A stretch of 64,000 bases of DNA from Nitrospirota bacterium (GCA_963840455.1 CAWIYV010000010.1:320001-384000); one strand, 5' to 3'; numbered from the stretch's first letter, positions 9,721 through 19,016 are shown. Notes: generated from the sequence alone by a model not told the origin. Numbers and translations are program-made.

Positions 9721-11607
9721 TTACCATTTCCACGACAGGGTGGCAAGAATGGTCTGGTTCGTGCCATCCTGTGTATCGTCAAGCTTGTCGTCGATCCTCC
9801 GGATCTGGTACCGGAGATCGTAGCCCAGGTTCTTCGAGACCCGGATCTCGAGGTCGGCGCCCGCAATCGTATCGACCGTCTTGATGGTCGTGAGATCGGC
9901 GATCCCGTTGCTCCCGGCGATCACGCCGGAGTTCTGCCAGGAGCCTCGTGACCAGCTTTTGGACACGTCGGCCGTGAAAATAATGGCATCAGCCAGTGCA
10001 TGGCTCAGCGTGAGTGCGGCCACATGCGCCGTGTCGGCATAGGGAACGCCGGTCTCGGCCGTGATGGCGCTGGAAAGGTCGGTGTAAGCGATGGGGCCGG
10101 TGTGCTTGTTCTGGAAGAACGAGTAGCTCGGCGTTACCGATGTCGTCTTCCCGACCAGGAAGGTGAAGGACCCGAGGAGCCGGTCGCGCTCGTTCGTCCA
10201 TTTGTCGGTGAACGGAGCATTGAGCCCGCTTCGCTCCTCGCGCACAGTTGCTCCGGACAGCAGCATATTGAACCACGGCTTGGGCGTCCAGGTAGCTGTC
10301 AGGCGGGCCTGGTCGGAGGTCTCCGGATAGGTGTTGTCCACGCTGTTCGCGGGCACGTTGGCGCTCTGATGGCTTATGTCACCGCGAAGGATGATCCTGT
10401 TCGTCACGCGGTAGGTCGCGCCAAGCCGGGCCATCGTCCGATTGACCTTGTCGTCCAGCTGCCACATCGTCGGGTCTATGTCGCGCTTGAGGTTCTCATA
10501 GCCCAGCTCTGCCCGCAGAGTGAGGTCCTTGGTGGCGCGGTAACGCACCAGACCAGTCATGATGTCCTTCTGATAGCTGATGGCGTTCCGGACCAGGTAG
10601 GTCGTCGAGACAGGCAGCCCCGCCGTGGTCACGGTGTCCGTCACAGCGCCCGGGTTGTTCGCATCCACTTCGTAGTGACGGTATTTGACGGCCACGGTGA
10701 CGTCCTTCGTCGGGATCCAGCTGAGGTCGCCAGCGGAGTTCGTGAAGTCGGATTTGGCTCCACTATCATTGTTCTTCCGGTCGCCTGTGGAGTACGTGAC
10801 AGCAGCGGCGATCCTGCCCGTGTGGGAGGTGTGGACCTTGAACGTGTCGGTCGAAGACTCAATGTCGGGCATTAGGTTGTGCGTGTAGGTGGTCGCTCCG
10901 CCCGTGTCGGTCAGGTACTTGTCCCGCGTATCTTTGAACTTCTGCGTGTCATGGCTGTACTCCGCCTCCAACCACTGGAGGTGGCTGTTGATGGTGACCT
11001 TCGCCCCCTCTGTTTCATAATCGATATCGCGGCTGCGGGACATCTTGTCGCCGGCAGTGAAGGAGTTCATGAACCGCTGTTGTATGGTGCCGTGCTTCTC
11101 CTGGCTCCTTGCCTCCAGATAGATATGGAACGGGAAGTCCGGCGCCTTGAAACGGATCTGTGCCCGGTTCATGGCGTTCGAAGCTCCATATACGTCCGCG
11201 GGGTTCAGGTCTGTCACGGTCATGCCGGTCGTGCTCTGGCCGATGGAATAATGGTCCAGGTTATGGAACATCGACCGGGACAGCATGTTCAGCATGATGA
11301 TGTCCTTGTATGCATAGTCGAACTCCGCGAAGTAGTCCTTGCTGTTCAGGACGTAGGTCTCGAGCAGCATGCGGGTCGGCAGCGGGTCGTACTCGATGAC
11401 AGCCGAGCCGGCCGGGGACGAGTGCTGGTACTCATATTCTCCCGCCATGGGATTGCCGCTCGTCATGTTCCAGCGGTATCCCAGCCTGATGTCCCCTTCA
11501 AAGGGCGTGCCGAGCTGGTACTGCCCTCCGGTGGGCGTCTTTTCCTGAGCCCAGAGCGGCGGCGCCAGGAGCACTATCAATGCGATCAGGTATATGATCT
11601 TTTTCAT
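9721..11607 (-). CDS. MtrB/PioB-like outer-membrane beta-barrel porin
   Basis: Signal peptide, alternating amphipathic strands, C-terminal aromatic signal (ATLSWKW), N-terminal AGEYEY resembling MtrB; directly downstream of a DmsE/MtrA-type decaheme. Confidence 0.8.
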   Translation of the reverse strand: MKKIIYLIALIVLLAPPLWAQEKTPTGGQYQLGTPFEGDIRLGYRWNMTSGNPMAGEYEYQHSSPAGSAVIEYDPLPTRMLLETYVLNSKDYFAEFDYAYKDIIMLNMLSRSMFHNLDHYSIGQSTTGMTVTDLNPADVYGASNAMNRAQIRFKAPDFPFHIYLEARSQEKHGTIQQRFMNSFTAGDKMSRSRDIDYETEGAKVTINSHLQWLEAEYSHDTQKFKDTRDKYLTDTGGATTYTHNLMPDIESSTDTFKVHTSHTGRIAAAVTYSTGDRKNNDSGAKSDFTNSAGDLSWIPTKDVTVAVKYRHYEVDANNPGAVTDTVTTAGLPVSTTYLVRNAISYQKDIMTGLVRYRATKDLTLRAELGYENLKRDIDPTMWQLDDKVNRTMARLGATYRVTNRIILRGDISHQSANVPANSVDNTYPETSDQARLTATWTPKPWFNMLLSGATVREERSGLNAPFTDKWTNERDRLLGSFTFLVGKTTSVTPSYSFFQNKHTGPIAYTDLSSAITAETGVPYADTAHVAALTLSHALADAIIFTADVSKSWSRGSWQNSGVIAGSNGIADLTTIKTVDTIAGADLEIRVSKNLGYDLRYQIRRIDDKLDDTQDGTNQTILATLSWKW

Positions 11608-11616
11608 GTCAGCCTC

Positions 11617-12627
11617 CTATCGGACGAACGTGCCCTTGCCGCTGGGCGAGGGGAGATCGGTGCCATGGATCTGCGAATGGCAGTCGGTGCACCGGGTATA
11701 GACGTTCTTCTTGGACTGCGCCGTGGTGGAGCCGGCGAGCGGATGTGTCGGATGACACTGCAGGCAGAGGTACGGTTCCCGCAACGACAGCAGGTTATTG
11801 TTCACGGACCCGTGGGGCGTATGGCAGGCCCGGCAGTCCTCGGTCAAATCAGCGTGCTCATAGAGGAACGGGCCCTGTTTCTCAGAATGGCACTGGGTGC
11901 AGGTCTCCTTCACCGTGTCCTTGCGGAGGTTCCGGCCCGACATGCCGCCGTGAGCGTCGTGGCAGTCCGTGCAGAAGATCTTCTTCTCCGGCACCGGATG
12001 GTGGTTCGGGAGCCGGAAGTTCGCCTGTACGTCTGGGTGGCACTTGTAGCACAGGTCCGTCATCTCCCGGGGCTTCACCTTGAGGTTGTGGCCCATGTGG
12101 ATGTTGTGGCAGTCGGAGCAGGACACGTCGGACATGTTGTGCGTGCTCGCGTTCCAGTTGTGCAGGTTGAAGGTCGCGTTCGCCGTGTGGCACTTGAGGC
12201 AGATGAGCGATTTGGCCTGCGCCGGGATCTTCTTCATGTCCACCAGCGTCCGGTAGTCGCAGGCCGTCTGCTTCCCGGCCTTCGCGTCCTTTGCCACCTT
12301 CTCGGGTGTGAGGCCCTCGATGGCCAGGCTCCCCGGCCCGTGGCAGGACTCGCAATTCACGATGGGCATGCCCGACTCGCGCGACAGCTGGGCACCCATG
12401 GTGGACAGGTCGAAGTCGCGCCGCCGCGTGTCATGGAAGTGGCAGGCCTTGAGGCAGTTGTCCGTTCCCACGTAGTCCGCGTCGAGGCGGCCGGCGATCA
12501 TCTTCTCGTATTCCTTGTTCAGGTAGATCGGTTTCGTCTCCTTGAGCGTCGCGCACCCAGCCGCGACAAAGAAGGAACCGAGGATCCCGAGCAATATCCA
12601 TTTCCTCATTTTCAGCGTACGTTCCAT
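11617..12627 (-). CDS. DmsE/MtrA/PioA-family decaheme c-type cytochrome, predicted lipoprotein
   Basis: 9 CxxCH + 1 CxxxCH (CLKACH); GPFLYEH, CHTPHGS and CHSQIHGTDLPS are MtrA-like; lipobox-like VAAG-C; AAGGAGG RBS before ATG 12627. Confidence 0.9.
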   Translation of the reverse strand: MERTLKMRKWILLGILGSFFVAAGCATLKETKPIYLNKEYEKMIAGRLDADYVGTDNCLKACHFHDTRRRDFDLSTMGAQLSRESGMPIVNCESCHGPGSLAIEGLTPEKVAKDAKAGKQTACDYRTLVDMKKIPAQAKSLICLKCHTANATFNLHNWNASTHNMSDVSCSDCHNIHMGHNLKVKPREMTDLCYKCHPDVQANFRLPNHHPVPEKKIFCTDCHDAHGGMSGRNLRKDTVKETCTQCHSEKQGPFLYEHADLTEDCRACHTPHGSVNNNLLSLREPYLCLQCHPTHPLAGSTTAQSKKNVYTRCTDCHSQIHGTDLPSPSGKGTFVR

Positions 12628-12658
12628 GATAAGTAAGTCCTCCTTTAGCGGGTCTGGG

Positions 12659-14686
12659 TTACGGACGTTCTCCGGATGTGTTCGGAGCACCGTACAGCAG
12701 GTAGCTTTTCGCCCCTGCGCACCATCCGAATGCATACGGGGCAGCGCCACACTGGCCGTCAATTGTATTGCCGACCGAATAGTTCATGGCGTTATCATCA
12801 ATCCAGTCAATTGAATCGTAGATCAACCTCTTCACATATCTGCTGTTATGCACGTACCCGCCCTCCTCATGGAAGAGCATGGCCATGTTAGAGGCAGCCC
12901 CCATATTGTTTTTGCCGGTCGTATTGCCGGTCCAGTCGGTGTCCCCAGTGGAGAGCCAGTTGCTGTAATTGAAATAGGGAAAGGCTCCAAAGGAAAAACT
13001 GGGGCTGCTTGCAAGAAGCGACTGCGAAAGTGCTTGCAGGGAGTCCTCATATTTTATTTTCTCCTGTTCAAGAACCTCGGCAAGGCCCGTGCTTGAACCC
13101 GCATGGCAGTTAAAGCAGATTTCGCTCGATACAGCCGTAATCGTTGTCCCATCCTTCATCACCGGTTGGAAAAGGTGATTGGCAGGCAAGCCCGGCCGGT
13201 ACATATGACACCCGACACAGGGGCCGCTCGTTCCGGTATTAGGAACAGAAGCTGTTCCTATCTCTTCATGCTTGAAAGACTGCGGATCGGAATAGCTCCT
13301 CCCGTAATATTCGTACCCGATGCCCCGGAACATGGTTCCGCCTGCAGTCAGGTAGTGCCCGTCAACAAGCATATAGCCAAGAGGAAAACCAAAAGTGTCA
13401 AACAGACTTCCGAAATCCTCTGTGGTTGTCTGACCCGTATTCAGCGCGTGGATCGTCCTGCCGCTCCCTCTTCCGGTATGACAAGGCAGGCACACATTCG
13501 ATGCGCCGATATCGGGATACTGATACGTGACCTGTGCAGCGGTCGGAATGATTGGTGAAGCCGGCCAGTTATTAACAGGTAGCGTATATGTTGCTCTGAA
13601 TGGTCCGGGATTACGAACCGTCCCCTTGTTGTCCGTATGGCACCCTGCGCATTCCAGCATTTGAGGCTTGAACTGGGGGTCATAGGCTATTACGGGGCTG
13701 CTTCCCGTTGCAATGCCGTCGGCAAGGGCAGTATTGTTGTTTCGCAGGGCATCGGCATAGGACGCAAATCCTGTTGTAGTATGGCATCTCTGGCACTGTG
13801 CTCTGCTTCCAAAGCCGGGAAGCGGTGTCGCCGGGGATGGGAAGAGGCAGGGGCCATCTTCACAGGACCAGTTATAAGCGCCCCAGGGGCCGGTTGAGTT
13901 TCTATTCGCGTGGAGCGAAGCGGCCCATTCGCGATTGATGTCGGCTGTTTTATGAGGATTGTGGCAGTCGGTACAGACCGTCTCACTTGCAAAGTTCATG
14001 GCGTAGCCGACCGGTTCCGTGCCGCTCAAGTTATGTCCGCCCCCGTCGTATGTGCCTGCTTTTGCGAAGTGCGTGTCGGTGATGATATATGAACTGCCTG
14101 TCGGAACAGATGTCAAATGAGTGGGCGTCGCTGCCGTGTTGAGGGGGTCGTTCGGATCCAGGAGTTCATGGCATCCCGTGCAGGTTCTGAGCTGGGCCGA
14201 AACCTGAAGCGTGGAGGTCGTGCCGATGACCATCGACGTGGTCGTGGCAAAACCAATGGGTCCGGATCCGCCGGCCGCGACATGGAGGCTCCCGCCGCCA
14301 TGGCAGGACTCACAGCCTACCACCGGCCGGGCAACGTTGCCCGTGTAGCCGGCGGTGAAGGAGTTTCCTGCGCCGTCCCCATTTGAGTCGTGGCAATTTA
14401 TGGTGCAGCCCGAGATCTGCCCGAGTGTGGGATTCCCTGCGCTGTACAGGTTCCCGAGAGGCTCCACATTCGCGTGCTTCGTCAGCATCCAGTCCGAGGT
14501 CTGCGACGTGTGACAGGACGTACAGGTCTTGAGCCCCACCGTCGGCGTTCCCACAGTGACGACACCGCTCACGGTCTGGACCGCAACACCGGTCGGCTGG
14601 TCCGTGCCGCAGGCGCCGAGCAACGCGCCGAGCACCAGGACAATCGCCAGCATAGATCCCAATAATCCCTTCTTGCGCACTTTCAT
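12659..14686 (-). CDS. Multiheme (10-heme) c-type cytochrome lipoprotein, OmcB/OmcC-like outer-surface component
   Basis: Lipobox LGA-C; 9 CxxCH + 1 CxxxCH (CTINCH); C-terminal HNSRYVKRLIYDSIDWIDD resembles Geobacter OmcB-type cytochromes (recalled similarity). Confidence 0.85.
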   Translation of the reverse strand: MKVRKKGLLGSMLAIVLVLGALLGACGTDQPTGVAVQTVSGVVTVGTPTVGLKTCTSCHTSQTSDWMLTKHANVEPLGNLYSAGNPTLGQISGCTINCHDSNGDGAGNSFTAGYTGNVARPVVGCESCHGGGSLHVAAGGSGPIGFATTTSMVIGTTSTLQVSAQLRTCTGCHELLDPNDPLNTAATPTHLTSVPTGSSYIITDTHFAKAGTYDGGGHNLSGTEPVGYAMNFASETVCTDCHNPHKTADINREWAASLHANRNSTGPWGAYNWSCEDGPCLFPSPATPLPGFGSRAQCQRCHTTTGFASYADALRNNNTALADGIATGSSPVIAYDPQFKPQMLECAGCHTDNKGTVRNPGPFRATYTLPVNNWPASPIIPTAAQVTYQYPDIGASNVCLPCHTGRGSGRTIHALNTGQTTTEDFGSLFDTFGFPLGYMLVDGHYLTAGGTMFRGIGYEYYGRSYSDPQSFKHEEIGTASVPNTGTSGPCVGCHMYRPGLPANHLFQPVMKDGTTITAVSSEICFNCHAGSSTGLAEVLEQEKIKYEDSLQALSQSLLASSPSFSFGAFPYFNYSNWLSTGDTDWTGNTTGKNNMGAASNMAMLFHEEGGYVHNSRYVKRLIYDSIDWIDDNAMNYSVGNTIDGQCGAAPYAFGWCAGAKSYLLYGAPNTSGERP

Positions 14687-14766
14687 AACTTACCTCCCGT
14701 CTCATTGGTTTCAGTTCTCATGTTCCTGGCCCGCCTTAAATCTAAAAATAATGGTAATCACTATTT

Positions 14767-14795
14767 ATTGTAGCCTAAAAAATTGCTTTTGTCAC
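14767..14795 (-). promoter_or_regulatory. Sigma70-like promoter for the cytochrome-porin-SBP-MCP cassette
   Basis: GTGACA-17 nt-TACAAT on the minus strand in an AT-rich gap; GGGAGG RBS before ATG 14686. Confidence 0.6.
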
Positions 14796-14807
14796 TACTT
14801 TTTTTTG

Positions 14808-15557
14808 TTACGCACCAATTGCTTTTTCCACGTCCAGCAGGATATACAGTCGGTCGTCCTTCCGGGCAATGCCTTTCAGGAACTCCGCGCCGGCGCCCTG
14901 CGCCACGGTCTCAGGGGCCGGCCGAACGGCAGAAGACAGGAACCGCACCACCCCCCTGACCCGGTCGACGAACAGCCCCACCTGGTCATCCTGTCCCAGG
15001 CTCACGACGATGATGCGGGACTTCTCATCCCTGGCGCTCGCGGCAAGGCCCAGCCTGCGGTTCAGATCGACGACCGGCATCACCGTGCCCCGGAGGGAGC
15101 ATACGCCGACAAGATAGTCCGCCGTATGCGGCACCGGCGTGATCTCTTTGGGTGTCAGGACCTCCCGGACCCGGTCAACGGGGACAACATATTCTTCATT
15201 GCCGAGGAGGAAGGAGAGCATCTCGAGATCTTGCTCCTCCAGCTGCTGCTCCGGTTCTTCTGTCCCGGACACAACAGGCCCGGGCGCAGGCTCATCCTTC
15301 TTCTGAGGCCCCGGGGCAGCCGTGGCCGGCGGCGCTGTTGCGCTTATCTCGTTCTCCGGCAGCATCGCGGGAGCCTGCCCCGGAGCCGCGAGAGGACCAT
15401 TCGGCATGAACGGAGTCTCCTGGGGCAGGGGCGGGGACGCCGGGGCGGGGACGCCGGCCTCATTCTGCTCCGAAGCCGGGAATGCCTGATCGGCCCTCTG
15501 GGTGCTTACCGCCTTTGCCTTCTCCGCCGCCTTCTTTCTTGCCGCTAGGATATCCAT
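14808..15557 (-). CDS. cheW: CheW with N-terminal helix and Pro/Ala-rich linker
   Basis: MDILAARKKA, low-complexity linker, then CheW domain (GVCSLRGTVMPVVDL, GLFVDRV). Confidence 0.9.
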   Translation of the reverse strand: MDILAARKKAAEKAKAVSTQRADQAFPASEQNEAGVPAPASPPLPQETPFMPNGPLAAPGQAPAMLPENEISATAPPATAAPGPQKKDEPAPGPVVSGTEEPEQQLEEQDLEMLSFLLGNEEYVVPVDRVREVLTPKEITPVPHTADYLVGVCSLRGTVMPVVDLNRRLGLAASARDEKSRIIVVSLGQDDQVGLFVDRVRGVVRFLSSAVRPAPETVAQGAGAEFLKGIARKDDRLYILLDVEKAIGA

Positions 15558-15637
15558 AATGATTCCTCTGCAAGGTCCAATGCTGAACGCTCAAGGAACT
15601 GCGATCGCTCCTGACGTTAAACCTTGAACATTGAATA

Positions 15638-16435
15638 CTATTTTAATTCCTCCGCCACGTCCTCCACGATCTCATCCGTGATGGCCGCCGCGCCCCTGCC
15701 GAAACCCTCGATCAGAGCGTTGCCTGCAATGACATTGATCAGCCGCGGCACGCCGTCACTGTAGCGGTAGAGGGCCGCGATCGCGCCCTCGTCAAAGAGC
15801 GGGGCGTCCCGTCCCGCCACGCTCAGCCGGTGCGCCACATACTCTCCGGTCTCTTGTTCGTCCAATAGACCGAGGTGGTACTGGAGCCCGATGCGCTGCC
15901 TCAGAGCGCGGTACGACCGCTTCGCCAGCCGCGTCCTCAGCTCTGTCTGACCGATGAGCACCAGGGCCAGGAGGTTACGGTCGTCGAGCTGGAAGTTCGT
16001 GAGCAGCCGGAGCTCCTCAAAGGTCTCCTTGCCAGGGATAAGCTGCGCCTCGTCGATGATGATTGCCGTCCGCTTGCCCGCTTCATAGATCTCATACAGC
16101 TTTGCGTTGATCCCCTCGAGCAGGCCGTGGCGAACATGCTGCTCCTCGTCAACCCCGAGGCGGAGCGCGACGGTCTGGAGGAGCTGCATCGGCGAAAGCC
16201 GGGGGTTGATGATCAGCACCGGATGGAACCGCTCGTCCAGCGAGTCGATGAGCGCCCGGGACAGCGTCGTTTTGCCGGACCCGATGTCGCCGGTCAGGAG
16301 CACGATGTCCATGTCCTCCACGGCGAGCTGGAGACGCGCCAGGGCCTCGGCGTGCTTCCGGCTCTGATACAGGAAACGCGGGTCCGGCGTCTTGCTGAAC
16401 GGCTTTTCCCTCAGCCCGTAGAATTCTTCGTACAA
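15638..16435 (-). CDS. ExeA/GspA-family AAA ATPase
   Basis: YEEFYGLREKPFSKTPDPRFLY, Walker A GDIGSGKT, Walker B IIIDEAQ, LIGQTEL; TTG start with GGAG RBS. Confidence 0.9.
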   Translation of the reverse strand: MYEEFYGLREKPFSKTPDPRFLYQSRKHAEALARLQLAVEDMDIVLLTGDIGSGKTTLSRALIDSLDERFHPVLIINPRLSPMQLLQTVALRLGVDEEQHVRHGLLEGINAKLYEIYEAGKRTAIIIDEAQLIPGKETFEELRLLTNFQLDDRNLLALVLIGQTELRTRLAKRSYRALRQRIGLQYHLGLLDEQETGEYVAHRLSVAGRDAPLFDEGAIAALYRYSDGVPRLINVIAGNALIEGFGRGAAAITDEIVEDVAEELK

Positions 16436-16541
16436 GTAGTTCTCCGGAGTCAGAAGCCGGAATCCCGGGGCACGGAGAACGGTGCACTCTCATCCCTTTC
16501 TCCTGCCTGCTGACCCCTGTCTCCTGACTACTCTTTACTTA

Positions 16542-18533
16542 CTACCGGCCCCTGGCCGCTGTTTTTTTCATGGCCCCTTCAATGAGGGACTCCACATCGA
16601 GCACCAGCACGACGATCTTATCGCCCAGCTCTGTGGCGCCGGCAATACCCGGCGTATCGGCGAGACGGCTGCCGAGCGGCTTGATGACAATCTCCTGCTG
16701 GCCCCGCAGGCGGTCCACCACGAGCCCCAGTCTCCGCTCAGCAAGCCCCACCAGGACAACAAAGTGCGTTTCCTGCTGGTCCGCCTGGGGCAGCGAGAAT
16801 GCATCGGAGAGCCGCAGCAGCGGAATAGTCTCGTCGCGGATCGCCATCACCTCGCGCGTCTCGATGGTCTCGATCTGCTCAGGCCGGACCCGCATGACCT
16901 CGAGGACCGAGCCGAGAGGCACGGCGAACCGGCGTCCGCTTGCCTCGATGATCAGCGCCTTGATGATGGCCAGCGTGATGGGAAGGGTCAGGATAAAGGT
17001 CGTTCCCACGCCTGTCTCCGTCTCGATGTCGATCATCCCCGAGAGCCGCGACACGTTGCGCTTCACCACGTCCATGCCCACGCCGCGTCCTGAGATCTCG
17101 GTCACCGTTTCACTCGTCGTAAAGCCCGGCAGAAAGATGAGGTCCAGGACCTCCTTGCGGTCGCGCTCGGCGTCAAGCTCGTCCTCCACCAGCCCCTTTT
17201 CCCGCGCCTTGGCAAGCAGCACGCGCGGGTCGATCCCGCCGCCGTCGTCCTCAACGGTGATCACCACGTGGTTCCCCGTGGGAAACGCAGTGAGCCGCAC
17301 GAGGCCGCGCTCGGGCTTGCCCTGCAACTTCCGCGCATCCGGCTTGGCGATACCGTGGTCGATGGCGTTCCGGATGAGGTGCATGAGCGGATCCGCAAGG
17401 TCCTCGACCATGAGTTTATCGAGCTCGGTCTCTTCGCCGCGGATCTCGAGGTCGATCTCTTTGCCCGCCTCACGGGCGTATTTCCGCACGGTCTGGGCGA
17501 GGCGCGTGAAGATCTGGCCGATGGGCACCATGCGCACGTCCAGGATGCCCTCCTGGATCTCGTTGAGCCGCCGCTCCAGGTTCTTATATGCCTTCGTGAG
17601 GGTCACTGCGATGCCGGTGAACCCCTGCTGGCCGCGCAGGTCCAGGGCAATGCGGCCGATCTCGCTCTTGATGATATGAAGCTCACCCACGGAGCTCATC
17701 AGGCTGTCCAGTTTGTGGATATCCACGCGCACGGTGTTGCTCACGGTCTTGAGCGTGGTCATCTCCGGCCGTACTTCCTGCATCCTGCTGTCGTCCATCC
17801 GAGGGACCGCCTCGAAGGACGTGTTCGGCAGGTTGGTCGCCGCCGCCAGAGCCTCCTGCGTTGCAGAGGTCCCGACCATGATGGTGAAGCCGATGCCGTC
17901 ACCGCCCGCGCTGGCAGTGGGCAAGGTGCAGATGATCTCCCCGTGATGCTTGAGCGTTTCGGTTAGGGTCCGGATGCCGCTCTCGAACTCAGCAAAGGAG
18001 AATGAGACCCGGACCAGGAAAAGGTTCTTACGCTCCCGGACGTTCTCGGTCAGCCGGTGCTCCTCATATTCCGTCAGCACCTGCAGCACCGCAGGATCGA
18101 TGGCAACCTGCGACAGGAGCGTCTTGCCGGCCGCATCCGCGGATTTCGCCGCGAGGATCCGGTCGATGAGGTCCAGCGCCCCGGCGATGTCCTCGAGTGG
18201 TAGGCCCTTCCCGGTCTGCTGAACGAGCCGCCCCAGGAGCCCGAGCGTGTCCGCCAGGGCGTCCAGGGTTTCTCGGCCCAGGCTTACCTTGCCGAGCCGG
18301 ACCTCGTCGAGAAGGAACTCGAGCTTGTGCGAGAGGTCCGCCAGGGCCTTGAGTCCGAACATCCCGGCGAGACCCTTGAAGGAATGGAGCGCCCGGAAGA
18401 GACCATTGACCGTATCGGGGTTGGCGCGGCCGCCGCCCTTCGCATCGTCGAGGGTCATGAGGGCCTGGTTCGCGGTTTCAAGAATATCCTCGGCCTCGGC
18501 CAGGAATTCCTGTATGGGTCGGTCAGATTTCAT
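16542..18533 (-). CDS. cheA: Chemotaxis histidine kinase
   Basis: Hpt LFRALHSFKG, HLIRNAIDHGI, GFTT...SGRGVGMDVV, C-terminal CheW-like domain. Confidence 0.96.
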   Translation of the reverse strand: MKSDRPIQEFLAEAEDILETANQALMTLDDAKGGGRANPDTVNGLFRALHSFKGLAGMFGLKALADLSHKLEFLLDEVRLGKVSLGRETLDALADTLGLLGRLVQQTGKGLPLEDIAGALDLIDRILAAKSADAAGKTLLSQVAIDPAVLQVLTEYEEHRLTENVRERKNLFLVRVSFSFAEFESGIRTLTETLKHHGEIICTLPTASAGGDGIGFTIMVGTSATQEALAAATNLPNTSFEAVPRMDDSRMQEVRPEMTTLKTVSNTVRVDIHKLDSLMSSVGELHIIKSEIGRIALDLRGQQGFTGIAVTLTKAYKNLERRLNEIQEGILDVRMVPIGQIFTRLAQTVRKYAREAGKEIDLEIRGEETELDKLMVEDLADPLMHLIRNAIDHGIAKPDARKLQGKPERGLVRLTAFPTGNHVVITVEDDGGGIDPRVLLAKAREKGLVEDELDAERDRKEVLDLIFLPGFTTSETVTEISGRGVGMDVVKRNVSRLSGMIDIETETGVGTTFILTLPITLAIIKALIIEASGRRFAVPLGSVLEVMRVRPEQIETIETREVMAIRDETIPLLRLSDAFSLPQADQQETHFVVLVGLAERRLGLVVDRLRGQQEIVIKPLGSRLADTPGIAGATELGDKIVVLVLDVESLIEGAMKKTAARGR

Positions 18534-18644
18534 AATTTTATGATTGCTGATTTTGGATTGCGGACTTCCGGATCATGACCGGAGATCTTCTTGTGTTTTT
18601 CCGGAACGTTCATTCCCCAATCCGTAGTCTGCAATCCGCAATAG

Positions 18645-19016
18645 TTACTTCCCCCCCACCGCTTTCTTCACCAGCACCATGAGGTCTTCCTTCTTGAACG
18701 GTTTGACCACGTAGCCCATGGCGCCCAGCGCCAGGCCCCGCTTCTTGTCCTCTTCGGTCTTTTCCGTGCTCACAATGATGAGCGGGATGTCCTTGAAGGA
18801 CGGGTTCGCCTTGACAAAACCGATGAGCTCCAGGCCGTTGATGTCCGGCATATTGATGTCCGTGATGATGAGGTCGAACCTCCTGCTGGGCAGCATCTTG
18901 AGCGCCTCGAAACCGTTGTTCGCCTCGGCGGCGAAGAAATCACCGGCCTCCTCAAGGGCGATCCGGATAACGGAGCGGATGGCTTTGGAATCCTCCACGA
19001 TCAGCACGTTCTTCAT
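18645..19016 (-). CDS. cheY: CheY-like single-domain response regulator
   Basis: LIVEDS, TDINMP, VST, KPF. Confidence 0.9.
   Translation of the reverse strand: MKNVLIVEDSKAIRSVIRIALEEAGDFFAAEANNGFEALKMLPSRRFDLIITDINMPDINGLELIGFVKANPSFKDIPLIIVSTEKTEEDKKRGLALGAMGYVVKPFKKEDLMVLVKKAVGGK

Noticed and set aside
14711-14725. 15-bp exact match (TCAGTTCTCATGTTC) to the reverse complement of 63529-63543, both near promoters
   Set aside because: A few 15-mer matches are expected by chance in 64 kb, and the orientation relative to transcription differs.
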